From NCBI RefSeq assembly GCF_009834535.1, contig NC_045727.1, forward strand, positions 10,912,001 to 10,976,000: 64,000 nt of DNA, in the 5' to 3' direction. This document shows, piece after piece, positions 35,000 through 48,961 of this stretch. Origin of the DNA: Camelus ferus. Lineage: Eukaryota. Made by a program: the position numbers and the translations under genes. The number at the start of each line of letters is the position of its first letter. Within the stretch, counting starts at the first letter, position 1. The notes under the pieces are model-generated. The model saw only the letters and a program-made list of their open reading frames with translations. It did no database searches and was not told the DNA's origin.

Positions 35000-37900
35000 T
35001 TAGACTTCTGCCCTGCTGCTCTGGAGACCAGGGGAGGCCTGGGCTGCCGTCAGTTCTGCAGGGGGCCTCGTGGAGCATGAGCTGCTCATGGAAGTGGGGA
35101 GGGTGCTGGTGGTGGTCCCTGTGGGCGAGGGTGGCCAGAGGTCCCTGCCCTGGCAGGGAGCTATGCTCACTCTGTGGAGGGACACGTGGTCCAGCAGGTG
35201 AGCTGGGACCAGGCCTCTGTGGCCACCTGACTCTCCATAGTAGAATCCCTTGTCATCCACAGGCCCATAGACTGTGACCACATCCCCCACCCTCAGGGAC
35301 AGTTTGCCCTTCACCGAGCCCCCTGCCTGCCCGTTCCTGGGGTCATAGTCCAGAGCCGCCATCATGGTGGTTGGGGTCCACGGGGAGGGCCTCCTGGAGC
35401 TCCCCAGGGGCATGGGGAAGGAGCCCAGGGGGCTGGTGAGTCCCTCAAAGTCGTCAATGCGGGCCCCAGAGGGCAGAGGCCCTTGTCCCGGCAAATGCCA
35501 CCTCCTGCCAGTCCACTCTGTGCCCACCTCAGCCTCGGCCACCAAGTGCTCAGGGCTATTGCCCACTTGCCCATCATGCTCGCCCCACACTTTCAATAAC
35601 TGCCCTTTCTGGAAAGCCAGCTCCTCCTCTGCAGCCTCAGGGCTGGCAGACATCTCCAGGGGGTCATAATCAGAGAGGGCCACCAAGACCCTGGCTGGGG
35701 AGTCCACCCTCGTTCCCAGTGCAGGGGGGTCAGCCCTGGACATCCTGATGGCTTTGCTGGATGGAGCAGAATACAGCGCCAAGCTGGGCTCTCGGAGCCA
35801 GCACTCTCTCTTGCCCCCCAGAGCCTGACCTCGCCCACTCTGGCTCCTAAGCTCCTTCCTCTGCTCTTGCCCCTCTGTGGCCCACAGACACAAGTGCCCA
35901 ACTTCCTCATGCAAAATGTCACAGAAGTCAGACACGTATCGTTGGCTGGCACCCAGTGGGGCAGGGGCAGACACAGGGGCATCTTGCTTTTGTCTGAGGA
36001 CCTTCTCATGGACAGTCTTCTTCTGACATGGCTCCTTCCGGGGCCCACACTCAGGAGACAGACGGGTGCCTCCCAGAGCAGGGCTCGGGCTGGTGCCTGT
36101 GTGTTGGTAGCAGTTTTCTCCCCAAGCCTGGCCTCTGGGCAGGGGCAGCCTGTGGTTCTGGGGATTCTTCTGAAGAGCAGGTCCTTCATGCAGAGCTCCT
36201 GGGGCTCTGTGGGCCCCTGGGCTTGGCTGCCCCAACCTGCACTTGGACATTGTCCCTCTGATCTCAGTTTGGGCATTGGGGACTGCCTCCTTGGGGGTTC
36301 TTCAGGAAATGCTTATGGGAACTGGGCCTGGGGCTCCCCGCAGCTTCCAGAGGTGTGGGGGCTTGAACTTGGCACTCAGGGGAGCCAGCGCCAGCCTCTG
36401 AGGCCAGATGGGGAAGGTGACTCTGCAGGTGGATGGGTCCCCACAGGTGTAGCTAAAGGGAGAAGTCTTTGGACATTGGAGACAGGAAAAGCAGTCCTCA
36501 GGGATCTGAGCGGGCACTGAATCCAGGGACTCACCGCAAAGCGACATGGTTCTTACTGAAATCTTCTGACACATCAGGGGCAGCTGAAGCTGGGAAAATT
36601 CCAACAGGGTGCTCCCAGCAGTGCCATCGGTGACCTCTGCGACCTTGAGCCCATCGGCATACACAGCATAGCCAGTGACCTGGACGCCGTTGGAGGACCC
36701 CGCTGAATCGATGGTCACAGGGAGCCAGCTCACCACCAGGAGGCCTGGGGAGGTGTGGCGCTCCACCAGCACATCCAGTGGTGGGTCAGGGGGTCCTGCC
36801 AAGGGAGTGTTGAAGGTGATGGTGGAGGACATTTTTTCCCAGCGCACTTGCAGCGAGTTCCACAGTGGGCGCACCTCCACTCGCGCCTGGTACCTCGTGC
36901 CAGGATGCAGGTGGTGGAAGGTGTAGCAGCTCACACCCGCTGGGGTCTGGGTGCACTCCACATCACCAAGGTACACCATGTGGGGGTAGCTGCTGCCACC
37001 CCAGGTGATCTCGGCCGATGTGGCTGCAATACTTCTCAGACAAAGTGTGTGGGGGCCACACAAAGGATTCTGGTTGGCTCCCAGAAGAGGTTTGGAGAAG
37101 CCTTGTTCGTCCACACTCTGCCAAGAGCCCAGCCAGCAGTCTTCCGTCTTGGCATCTGAGCTCTCTCTTGCCACTCCTGTCTCAGAGCCCACCCACACTA
37201 TCTGGCATGGCCCCCTGTCCACTGTCCCCTGCGCTTTCCCAGGTAATAGGCTGTGACCACTGTCATCTTTGGAAGCTTTGCCCTGCCTGGCTGGGAGTCG
37301 AGTGGGGCCATGGTCAGGGGACTCAGGGGGCAGGCAGCCCAGGATGTCGCTGTCTGGAATCTGCTCCACCAGGTGGGATGGCACCAGCCCCTGCGGCCGT
37401 CCTCCAGCTCCCCTTCATAGAAGCCATCCTCATCCATGTCCCCAAAGATAAATACATAATCCCCAGCCGTGAGGGGCAGCTCACTTTCAGGGTACTCATT
37501 GGGCCCCTCAATGGGTTGTAGCTATACCGAGCCAGGAAGACTTTGAGCTTGGGAGTGGCAGGGGCCCTCTGAGCCCCCCACTTCCAGGGTCAAGGGCACA
37601 CTATCTGGCTCCAGGTCCTCCACCTCGCTGGCTGTGTCCACATCTAGAGTGGGGCAAGATGGCACAGTGGCCCACATGGACTCCACCTCAGAGGTGGAGT
37701 TCGACTGGGAGCTGGTTTTCTTGGTGTAGGGGCTGGAGTCCAGAGGTTGGCTGGTTGGACCTCTGTCTGGCACTTGGGGGGCACTGGCTGGCTCCCTGAG
37801 GGCAAATGGGTTCTCCTGCAGGGAGTCTCCCTTCTTCTCTTGTTTGTCCCTGCTGGGCTGGGATGATGCTTGGTCTTCAGGCTCTGGCTGAAACTTGGTT

Positions 37901-40012
37901 CTTTCCCAACTTTTCACTTGGGATTCTGGGGCCTGGGGGCCCCCTGGAGTTCCTGGGGAAGGTGACCAGGATGACACTGCAGTGCCCGCATCTCCTCCCG
38001 GGCAGCCTGGAGATCACACAGGGCCTTCTGCAGATCGTGCTGCAGCTGTTGCTGCCTGTCCTGCCCTTGAGCCGCCTGCTGCAGCAGCTGCCCGGCCAGA
38101 AGGCCGGCGGCATCGCGCTCCTGGCACGCGCGGCCCAGCTGCCCGCGCACATCGTCGTTCTCGGCCGCCACCTTCCGCGTCCAGTCGGCCTGGGCCTGCA
38201 GCCGTGCGTTCTCCGTGGCCAGCCGGGAGCCCTGGCGGAGCGCCGCCTGCAGCTGTGCCTCGGCCTCTTCGCCGCGTCTCTGCGCTGCCGCCGCCTGCGC
38301 GCCCAGCTCCTCGCACTCTCGCCGCCGCGCACCCAGCTCCAGCTCCAGCGCCTGCACTTGGCGCCGCGCCTCCTCGCGGGGCGCGCTCTGGCCGCCTGCC
38401 TCCTCCCGGGCGTGGCTGGCGGCCTGCTGCAGTGTTAACTGCCTCTGCAGGCGCAGCACCTCCCGCTGGGACTCGCGCTGCAACCGGTCCAAGTCGCTGA
38501 CGTTAAGCCACAGGGCGCAGGCGGCGCCCCCGCCAGGGAGCTGTGCGCTGCTAAGGCCTGAGGCGACACGCGCCTGCAGCAGGTGGCACTCCTGCCGCAG
38601 CTCTTCAATCTGCTTGTCCTTGGCCAGCAGCGCGCTCGCCTGCTCCGACAAGTCCCGCGCGCGTTGGCGGGCGAGGGCCTGGCACAGCTCCAGGCCAGCA
38701 AGGCTATCGCCGGGCACAGGCGCGCTCATAGCCCGCAGGTTGGTTTCCTGCAGCTTGCGGGCCCGGTCCTCCAGGCGTCGCGCGAGGCCAGTTAGCTCGG
38801 CGTGCTTCACCTTGAGCCGCTTCACCTTCTCGTCCGCCTCGTCGGGGAAGCCAGCGCGCCGCAGCTTCAGGTTCTCTTCGCGGAGGCTAGAGCAGCGGAG
38901 GGCCAGCACCTGCAACGCCTCGGTCAGCTCTGAGTTCTGCTTCACGAGCTCGCCATAGTCCTGGCCCGGCGACAAAGGAGTCAGGGCTTCGCAGGTCTGG
39001 CTCCTGGACTCTTCCCCTCCTGGTGGGTCGTCAGGTCTCCTGTGCTCCGATGGTGGCGGCTGCGGGGGGCACAGGGAGCCCAGGATGGAGGCATCTGGCG
39101 AGGAGGATTCCGGGGCCTTGGGGCGACTCAGGGTGCTGTCGAGCGAGCGGGAACTCGCTGGTGCCAAGGAATCGAGGGAGCTGACGCGCACGGGGAGCAG
39201 GCTGTCTGGGGAGCCGGAGCTCGCCGAGGGCACCCGTTCGAGGGAGCGGGAGCGTGCGCGGGTGCCCGCATTCAGGCTGCCGAGGGATTCGAGTCGACGT
39301 GCGGACTTTACGGCGGTCTCAGGGGACCGCTCTTCCGAAGATTCCACCGCCTGGGGGTCGGGGACGCCGGACAGAGCGGGGTGCCAGCGGAAGTGCTCCA
39401 GGATGTACTTGAGGAAGAGCTGGCGTTCCACGTCGAGGGCCGCCTGTAGGTGGCGGATGCGCGAGGCCTGCTCGCCGTCCGTCTCCCAGCGGAGCTGCGC
39501 CAGCACTTCCTGCAGGCGACAGCGGCACTGCGCGGCGGCGACTTCGGGCGCCCCCGCGCGGCCGCAGTAGCCGCGGTTCACCAGCTCCTCGGCCAGCTGG
39601 CGCTGCAGCTCCCGGGCCTGGCGCACGACGCCGTCACGCTCGCGGTGCAGCTGCTGCAGCTGCCGCATCTCGGCCTCCTTCCAGCGCAGCAGCTGCCGGA
39701 TCTCGACCTCGCGCTCCCGCAGCATTTCCTTCTGCAGCTGCCGCAGCTCCCGGCCGCGCTGGGCCTCCCACTTGGAGCGCAGGTGGTCAACCAGCTGCTG
39801 CTCCCGCTCGGCCGCCTCCCGCAGCTGGCCTGGGCCGCGAAGCGCCGCCGCTCGGCTCGCCCGCGCACCCGCTCCGCCTCCAGCTCGGCCCGCAGCTTCA
39901 CCAGCTCCCTCCTCTGCTCCTCCAGCACCGCCACCGCCGCCGGGCCCGGAGTAGCCTGCTTCTTGGGTGTCGCGCGGCCCCCGCCCAAAGGGCTGGGCGA
40001 GTCCTTGGTCAT
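35000..40012 (-). pseudogene. RIMBP3: Second RIMBP3 copy (copy B), apparently disrupted; probably an error-containing duplicate of copy A
   Basis: Near-identical to 4687-9711 but 12 bp shorter. It has a 4-bp deletion at ~39829, two 3-bp deletions in CAG/CTG runs, about 10 single-base indels and a GAA>TAA change at 36315. The ORF track shows it split into several partial ORFs. Confidence 0.85.
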
Positions 40013-43000
40013 GGTGGCCGCGGCCTGGCCAGACGCCTGACCTCGCCTGGCCCAGGCCGCCGCTCGCCAACGGCCGCCGCCCCGGCCGCGGCCAACCGCC
40101 CCGCGCGCCCCTTCCGGCGCCCCTGAGGGTCTCCGCGAGCTCCTTCCGCCTCTGGGCGCGTTCCCCCACCCCCTGCGGTGGGAACACTAGCACGCACTCC
40201 TCTCTCGGCTGCCTGCGTAGGGGCTGGACTCTACACACCCCTGCTCAACACAGCGCTTGCCCTTCCCAGGATGCCCAGGGGTGTCTCTGACCCCAGGCGT
40301 CTCCCTGTTCCTGGTACCATGTCCCCTTGTGACCCAGGTACCACCATGACCCCTTCCAGGACAACAGCTCATGGGAAGCCTGAGCAGCTTCTCTGGGCCT
40401 GGAGAAAAGGGCTTACTTAGCATGTGAGTCAAGATCACCAATGCGGAGTGAGCAGACCCCACCTGGCCAGGATACGGATTCAGGTGGTGTGGTGACTAGA
40501 AACCACAATAAGATATGCCCAAACTTGGGGGTGAACCCTGGGCAGGCAGCTGACTGCTGCACCCCCCACTGCACCTACCCTGCCAAGGACCCCTTCCAAA
40601 GAGTTGCATGCTTTATATATGATATATATTACCTATAAACCTCCTATGACCATTTGACACAGAAGTCTCCAGCCCATGGCCTGGGCATGGTGCCAACTGA
40701 GACAGGCGAGAAGGGCTCCTTTGAGGACCAGAGGCCTGACCTGTGATTTCTTGGTTTCACTTTTACAATCACCCTGCAGGGATGCTCCCCACCATCCTCC
40801 CCACGGTCACATAGCCGAGAAAGTAGCGACGTAGGGATGCAAACCTGCAAAATTCTGCCTCCAGATTCCGTGGGCACCCGGACTCCATCCAACCAATCTC
40901 AAGGTTTGTAATTGGGAGGACCCCTCCCCAGGCTTTGTCCCAGCGGGGAGCCTCACATTTGACGTCTGCAGAAGGAGAGAGGGTCAAGTGGAACCCCAGG
41001 TGGGGGGCAGCAGGGAGGGAGGTGAGAGGATGGGGCTGATGTGAGGGCCTAGCCTGCCCTTTGGTCTGGCCCAGGAGTGCCTGGGGCTGCCTGCTTTTTC
41101 CACAAAGTAAAAGCCAGAGGCCCTCATGGGCCCAGCTGGGTCCCTAAACCACCTCCCTGGAGAACAGCAGGGCCAGAGAACTTTCCATGGCTCTCCAAGG
41201 GGCATTGTGTCAGATGGTTAGAGCTGGTGGGCCTTGGGGTCAAAGAGTCCTTCAGCTTTTTGAGTCACTCCCATGTTGTCATCTGTAAAATGGGCTAATA
41301 TGTGGCTCCCTTCTGTGCTGTGTGACCCTCCCAGAGTTCCCTGACCTCTCTGAGCATTCATTTCCTCTGTTTGTAAGGTTTCAAGGAGGTGAGAGTGTCT
41401 ACGGTGCTCAAACAGAGCAAGGCTCCCTGGCAGCTCACTGATTTTAATCTTAGGCCCTCTTTCACAGGTAGGGAAACTGAGGTCTGTAAGGCAGGGATTG
41501 GGCTGAGGCTGGGCAGGGCTGTCATGGTGGAAGCATGCAGGTACTCTCTGTGCTCCCTTGGACTCACTCCCAATGCCTTGTGGCAAGTGGGAAGCCATCC
41601 AGGCTCTGCCACTTTTTGGCTGAAGGGCCATTGCTGGTGACCTCACCTCTCCCAGCCTCTGCACAGTGGGTGTATTAATACCACCAGCTTCCCAGGGTTG
41701 GAGGGACATGAGGACTCTGTCAGCTGAGGGCTGGGTGTAGAGTAGGAGCTGCAGAGGTATGTGTAAGTTCCCATCTCGCTCTCCAGGGCTTGGCTTGGAT
41801 CCTCACAAGCTGCTTCCAGGAGTCTGAAGGATTCTTCTGGCTCAAAGGCCTCTGGGCCTTTGCATGTGCTGTTCCCTCTGCCTTGGATACCAACCTGGCT
41901 GGAGACAAAAATAACACTGCCCACTGCAGACCTACTAAGTGTGTCTTGTTCGGTGCCAATGCCTGCTATACATGATTTTAAACCACCCATTTTCCAGATT
42001 AGAAGTCCTAAGTCCCTTGGGATTAGGGTTCTGCTCAAGGTGACTGGGCTGGCTAGTGGGGTGTGTCCACTCACCTACTACCAATCTTGTCTTCACTTTG
42101 GCCTCTATTTAGCAGTGCCTCCTCCAGAAAGCTTTCCCCAAACTCTCCAGGCCAGGCTTGGTCAAGCCAGGACTCTGCAGCTCTGATCACACAACCTGGT
42201 GCCTCTCCTTTTACAGCAGGGATGTGTCTGATACACATTTGTGTCCCTGCCCAGGGTGGGCTCAGAGGAGGCTCAGAGGCGGGTAAGTGAAAGTCCTCCC
42301 TAGAAAGGAGGGTTAGGGACTCAGGGCCAGGCAGGGAGGCAGGGCATGAAGGGCATGGCCTCACCTGGTGACATGGCTGGCCAGCCTCCCACAGTCAGGT
42401 ACCAACTGGCAGCAAGGGCTGTGTCCTTAGGCTCCAGGCTTCCCACTGGGGTCTTGAGCAGAGGCATCAGGCTGGGCAGGGAGTGAGGCTCAGTCCTCAG
42501 CAGAGATGCTGGAGGGTCCTGAGCTGCAGAGAACACACACACACACACACACGGCTTCCTGCCCCAGCACCAAGTGGCCCCCTGGGAGATGTGGATGGAC
42601 ATCTGGTACCCGGCCACTTGCATCCAGTCCTTATCTTGTGACCACATGTGATCCATCAGAGACCCCTTTGCTTCTCAGTGTGTGTGCCAGCCTGGCCTGG
42701 GCAGCACTGGGCCTTTCACGACTCAGGCTGTGCTACTCTGAGGGAGGCTGTCCAGCCACAAGCCCCCACAGGACCCTTTGAGTGAACTTCCTCTCCCCTA
42801 TACAGCCTCTCTTCTGGGACCGACCTTCCTGGGTTGCTCCTGGTGCAGGACAGACAGACACTCTTCTCACAGTCAGGTCCCCTGGTAGGCAGGCAGATGA
42901 TCTTGGCCCCAGCTCGCAGGTGGGAAAACCATGGCTCAGAGAAGCACATGCTGTGCTCACAGCCTGGGGCTGATGGGCTCCACCTTTTCTGCCGTGATCT

Positions 43001-46000
43001 GTATTTCGGACTGAGTTCCCTTGAAGCCCGCTGTGGCACGGGGATGCCTTTGGACAGCAGCGAGTAAGTAGAGCTCAGGGACTTGTGGCTCCAGGTGCTC
43101 TTTTGTTTGAGAGGTGAGAGGGATGTGCCAGGTGGTTGTGTTGCCACGGGGAAGCATGTCTTCATGGGGCCCTTAGCAGAGCTCTGTGTGATGGAGGTTG
43201 AGGCCCCGAGGCTCAGAGGGAGTGGGTGGCTTCCAGGGCACAAGGGCAGCTATGACGAATCTGGGTGGGGCCCACAGCCTGGCTGTCCTGCTGCAGCTCA
43301 AGCAAGGCCTCTAGCCATCAGGTCTGCATCAGGGAGGGGACCCTGGGTGAGTCTTGGGGACACAGTAACCATCCAGCGACTGCCCATGCTGGTGCCACTC
43401 AAGGCCCTTGTGAGTGCAGTCCCAAGTATGAGCAAGCTACCACACACTCATCACATGTACGGTGACTGTCCAGTGACCTGCCTGTCACCCCCAGGGACTC
43501 TGAGCTTGGGGAGCCAGACCGTATTCTCTGAGTCTCAGCTTTCTTGCCTATAATATGACAGGGATAGATTACATGGGTGGTTTTCAAACTGGGTTCCTTG
43601 GGGTTCCAGGGCTCCTGGGAAATACTGAAGGGCCAGAGCTGGAGGGGAGACAGTGTCCCTACCTGCTTCGATGAGACACAGCCACTGACGAGTGACATTT
43701 GTCAGATTTTTAGGGTGACTTAAAACTCTAGAAACACCATTAAACTCTGAGCTCTGCAGAGCTGGTGGCCTTGGTGAGGGCCCTGGGCTCCATCCTGAGA
43801 ACCCAGCGGAGACCTTTAAGCTCCTAACCTCCAGAGCTCCAGAACCTCCAGCCTTCCAGCCTGCTCCTCTCACTTTGGGGTCCATGTGTTTTCTGCCTGT
43901 TCTCCGATGTCTCCTCATCTAGGAGGCTGCCTGGTATGTGGGATGTGCTCAATAATTACACAACTGAAGAAGGCAGAGACCAGCTGGCCAGAGGTGGCCT
44001 CTGTCCCTGTGGCATTCACAACCTAAGGGCAGATGCAGATGTGAAACACAAATATGGCAAAGGAACCAAGTGAATTCAGAGAGGGGTCCAGTGAGGGGAG
44101 CGAGGGGTATGGTGCTTACAGGGTGAAGACCCCACCAGAGCAGGCTTCCCAAGAGCTAAGGCCAGAGACGGTGTGATGCTGCCCAGAGCTAAGGTCAGAT
44201 TTAGGCCGAGGGACCTGCCAATCCCGTGGCCCCGTGAAGTCTGGCCGCCTGCACCAGCCCTCCCTGCACCCCCACCCCCACCCCTCGCCCTGTGCCTACC
44301 CTGCCTGGGGCAGGCCTACTCCCTCCTGGCTTCAATTCTTCACAATTCTGTCTTGGTGCTCCTGTGCCTGGGGGAGAAACTGGAGCTCACAGAGGGTCCC
44401 TCAGCAGCACTGCAAGCAGAACTCCCTGTTCTTGGTCATGGGAGGCCTGGCACTACCAGCACTGTTCCCTCCTGGATAGAAACCTGGAGAGGGACCTGCC
44501 GGTGTCTGCCTCTGCTTCCTGGGCTCTGCAGCTGACCGTGGCTGGTCCACACCCTCCTGCGTGGGGCAGTGTGTGCCAGCTTCTAGCTCTCTTCCTCTTA
44601 CCTGGCAGCCCTGGCCCTGCTTCCCAGGTGTATGCCAACCCATCCCCACCAGCACATGACCAGCCTTGTCCCTGAGTCCTCACCATAGCCAGGGAAACTG
44701 GCACTGTCCTCTCCAGAGGAGGAAACTGCCTCGGTTCCACAAGGACTTGTGCCCAGGCCCATGTGACCCAACTCCGGGCTCTGAACTGGTGTCGATATGG
44801 TCTGGCGCACTGGCTCTGGCCACTGGAGTCCCATTGTGACCCCTAAGCTCCCAGACAAGTGGCTGCTGCTTCCCAAGGACCCTGCTGCTGCTGGCAGCAT
44901 CTTGGCTTCCGCCTGCCCACTGTCACCAGGACAGACCCATCTTCTGTCTTCTGCATCTGCCTTTCTCTCCACTCTGGGCCTATTCCAATCACCCTCCTCC
45001 CTATGCAGCCTGAAGGCTGACTGACACCAGCGGCGATAACTTTTGTCCAGCCAGTTGGCCAAGGCTCTAGGTCAGGGGAGTCTTTCCTTCCTCAAACATT
45101 TGCCAAGCACCCAGTCTGGTCAGGGCAGTAGGTGGGGGGCAGGTGCTGTGTTAATTTCTTCATTCACTAAGCACAGAGAAACTCTAGTGGAGGTTGTGAA
45201 GGAAGGGAGGAAGGAAGGATGGAGGGAAAGAGAGAGAATGGGGGTGGGGGAGAAGAGAAAGAGGGAGCCCTTGGGTCGGCTGAGTCTCCCAGACCTTGCA
45301 GTCGGAGAGTAGACTTGGGCTTGATCCTCTGACCAGCCAGGTGGCTGAGGGAAAACTTGATTGGCCCCTTGAGCCTCCGTGTCTTTCTCTGTCAGTGGGG
45401 CTGGTAACAGTTCTGACCTCAGAGGCTGTTTGCAGGCGTCAAAGGAAGGCTTGTGCATTCATCCTGGGGGACCCAGCACACTGCAGGCTGTCAAGTTCCC
45501 CAAGTGGGCGTGGAAAGTCATGCTAGTCCTGAGGCATGACTACCACCTCCCAGATGGACAAGGGGGTGCTGGGGGAGGGAACGAACAGGGCACCACAGGC
45601 AAAGGGCATGGCAGAGGCTGGGGCACTGGTTGGGGGAAGGAAGGGATGCAGGATGCGAGGCTTTGGGCCACAGAGGGAGGTCAAGGTGGAACGTCACCAC
45701 ATGGACCACAGTGGGCTCCACTCCTGGAGCTCCCTTCCCAGCTGGGTGACGCAGGGCAGGCTACTTCTCTCAGGGCCCCAGCTTCCTCACCCGTGAGATA
45801 GAGCATCTTAGTATGGCTCTGCTGTGCCAAGGAGCTCAGTGGTGGGTGTAAATGTCCAGCCCAGAGCCAGGCACCGCTCAGTGAGTGCCACTGCCAGTTT
45901 CCTGCCTTAGCAGAGGCACTTCACCCTGTGATGCTTCCTCCTCTCCTGGGCCCAGACCCTGGTCCCGGTAAGGACCCTCCACTGAGCCTGTGCACCTCAC

Positions 46001-47810
46001 CAAACCCTCACACCTGTTTTCCTTTTGCCTCCCTAGGGTGTGACAAGCCTCTTGACAGCAAGTGCCACCTCTGTATCTCCTCCCCTGAACCTAGCAGGTG
46101 AACATCCAGGACCTGAGCTGATTGGAGGAAGGAGCAACTGCGGTCAGTTTGAGCAGGAGGGCCTGGAACCCAGAAGGAGAGGGAAGAGGAGGAAGAGACC
46201 ATTCTGGATGGGAGGCTCGGGGGCATGGCATGGAAAGGTCAGGTCTGGATGAACAGGGTGGGTGGAGTGGAGGAGAGCTAGGGTGACAAGAAGACAGGGG
46301 AGCAGTGGAGGTTTAAGAGCAGGACAGGGGCCCCAAAGACCAGGCAGCTTTCATACTTGGACAGACCATGTGCTTGTTTAACCACGGCACTCTGCTGCCC
46401 AGGGCCTCTGTTCCCTACTTGCAATGTGGGCGGAAGAGAGCCATCTTGCCCAGGGGGTGAGGATATGGGAGAAACCACAGCAAAGGCTAGTTCTCAGCAC
46501 TCACCTCTCCCAATCGCACTCTCTGTTCCTGGTTTAGCATGTCAAGGTGAGGGGCAGGAACCATGCTCCCTCTGTGACCTGGGCCCACTAAGCACCAGGT
46601 CCAGTGCACAGTAGGACCATGGAGTCAGTTCCCAAGCCAGGTTCCCAAGTCTCCTCCAGCTCTAAGGAGCTGGCTTATGGAGTCCCTCATACATTTGCCA
46701 AATTTTTACTGAGCTCCCACTGTGTGTCAGCCCTTGGGGGAAATAAAAGGCACACAGGGTCCTTAAATGTATAAGGTTTATCATCTAGTTTCTGGGTTTT
46801 TGTTTGCGGGGGGAGGTAATTAGGTTTCTTTTTTATAATTTTTTTAATGGAGATACTGGAGATTGAACCCAGGACCTCGTGCATGCTAAGCACATGCTCT
46901 ATCACTGAGCTATACCCTGCCCTCCTAGCATCTAGTTTTCCCCCACTCTTTCCCTGTATTAAGCCTGGGCTCCCAGATGCTGGGTGGGAGGCTGGCTCTA
47001 TTCCAGGCTATACATCTCCAGTACCTTTTTCTCTCTCCTCTCATAGAAAACTGCTTTTTTTTTTTTAACTGATTGCTCTTAGAATGGAGAAAAATTCCAT
47101 CACCAGCTTAAATGATCTGAAGCTATACCCTCCTCTTTGCCTGCACTGCCACCTGTGGTCCAAACCACCATCACCTCTTTGCCCCGGTGGCTGCAATGGC
47201 CCTGCTCCCCTCTCATCCTCTACCTACCTCATCCTCCATCCTCCAACCAGAGTCCTCTCCTTACACACGCGCGTCTCGCTCTGTGGCTGCTTGCTGTTCA
47301 TCCGCCGAAGGCCACTCACCCCACGGAGAAGAAAAGCCACATGTCTCTGGTTCCTACAAGGCTGTCTGTCACCCACCCTCCTCGCTCACTCTAAACTGTC
47401 TTACTCCATTCTGGCCACTCGGACGGTCCCATGGTTTCTGCCCGTGCTGCTTCCCCTGTTTGAAGCATTCCCCTTCCTCCCTCGGGCTGCTCCTTCCCAG
47501 GGTCCAGGTCCCAGCGTAGACTGTGGAGCAGCAGTCGGGCCCTGCCCCTGGCTGACTGCGTGACCTTGGGCAAACCCTGGGCCTCCTCTGTGCTTCTGTG
47601 AAATGGAGCTGTTCACGGTGCGTGTTAGCTATTATTAATTTCTTCTGTTCCCTCAGGGAGGCTCCCGACGTCCTGATGAGAAGTAGGTCCGCACAGCCAC
47701 TCCCGTCACCCGGTTTTCCTTTCGCCCTTAGCAGCGCTTAGCAGTGCCTGGCTGCTCACCCATCTCATGTTCACTGTGAACCTACTGTGTGCCAGGCACT
47801 GTTTCCAAGC

Positions 47811-48961
47811 GCCACCGCACTGGACGCCCGTGAGGGCACGGCCTCCTCGCGCTGGCCCCGCTCTCCCGGCCTCCCGCGCCGCCGCCGGCGCACAGTAGGC
47901 GCTTCGCCAGGCGCCGCGCCGCCGCCCGCCCCTCCCCCGCTCCAGGAAGTGCGGGGGCTCCGGCGCCCGGCGGCCGCGATGCATTCTGGGCCAGCAGCAG
48001 CACCAGATCCAAGATGGCGGCCAGCAGGAGGCTGATGAAGGTAAAAGCCATTCTCCGGCGCCGGCGGGCGGGCGGGGGGCGGCGGCGGGCCAGGGCCCCG
48101 CGGCCGCCCGGGCCCCTCGGGCGCCGCCGCCGCCGCCGCCCCCCGCCCCGTGCGGCTCCGCCGCCACGGGCCTTGCGCGCTGAGGGAGCTAACGGGGCCG
48201 CCTAGGCCGCAGCCCCGACGGGAGCGCCAGGCCGCGCCGGCCCCCGGCCCCCGCCGGCCCCGTCCAGCCGCCCCGCCCGGTCCGCGGGCTCGCTCCGCGC
48301 GGTGGCGGCCCCCGGGCCGGGGCGGCGGCGACAGGCCCACCGGCGCCGGCGGGAGGCCCGAGCGCCGGAGCGCGGCCGGAGCGAGCCCGCGCCGCGGAGC
48401 CGCCCCGCCCTGGGCCGCAGCGCTCCGGGCTGGGAGCCGGCCGGGCGGGCCGCGCGGGGCGGGGGGCTCGCGGGGAGGCGGCCGCGGGGCCAAAGTTAGG
48501 CCGGTCTGTGGCAGGCGCTCTAGGTTGCGCCGGGTGCGAGCAGACTGTCGCCTGTGACTGCGGAGTCACACAGCGGCAAGTCCTGCCCCGGGAGGCGGGA
48601 GGGCGGGGGTCGGCCGGCCGCGGCGCGGGCCTCCTGCCCAGCTCCTTCCCTGCCCGCCCCTCGTCCTCCGCGCTCCTTCTCCTGATAGAGCAAAGTGCCA
48701 CCGGCCTGGCCGGGCCGAGGGGGTTGGAGTCAAAACCGGCCAAAGTTTATAAAAATAACTTGGTACTTTGTATCTTGAATGCAGCAGGGTCCGTGTTGCT
48801 AATTGGCTCCTCGGGTGAGGAGCACGGATGCCACCCGAGCCTAGTTCTTTCTCGAGTGTGTTTGCCAGCGTCCCGCGGAGCCGAACTCGCCTAGGGTTGC
48901 GAGCCGGCTGCCCGGCCGAAGGTGCTGCCGGGCTGCACCGGCCGGAAATAAAAAGGGCCAA
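47811..48961. promoter_or_regulatory. CpG island / UBE2L3 promoter (copy B)
   Basis: Duplicate of 17500-18650 at offset 30311. Confidence 0.85.
48014..48040 (+). CDS. UBE2L3: UBE2L3 coding exon 1 (copy B)
   Basis: Identical to 17703-17729, with GT donor at 48041. Confidence 0.95.

Noticed and set aside
37914-40238. 774-aa ORF with a novel GTG-initiated N-terminus fused to RIMBP3 coiled coils
   Set aside because: Created only by the 4-bp deletion at ~39829 in copy B, which joins an alternative upstream frame to RIMBP3. It is absent in copy A.
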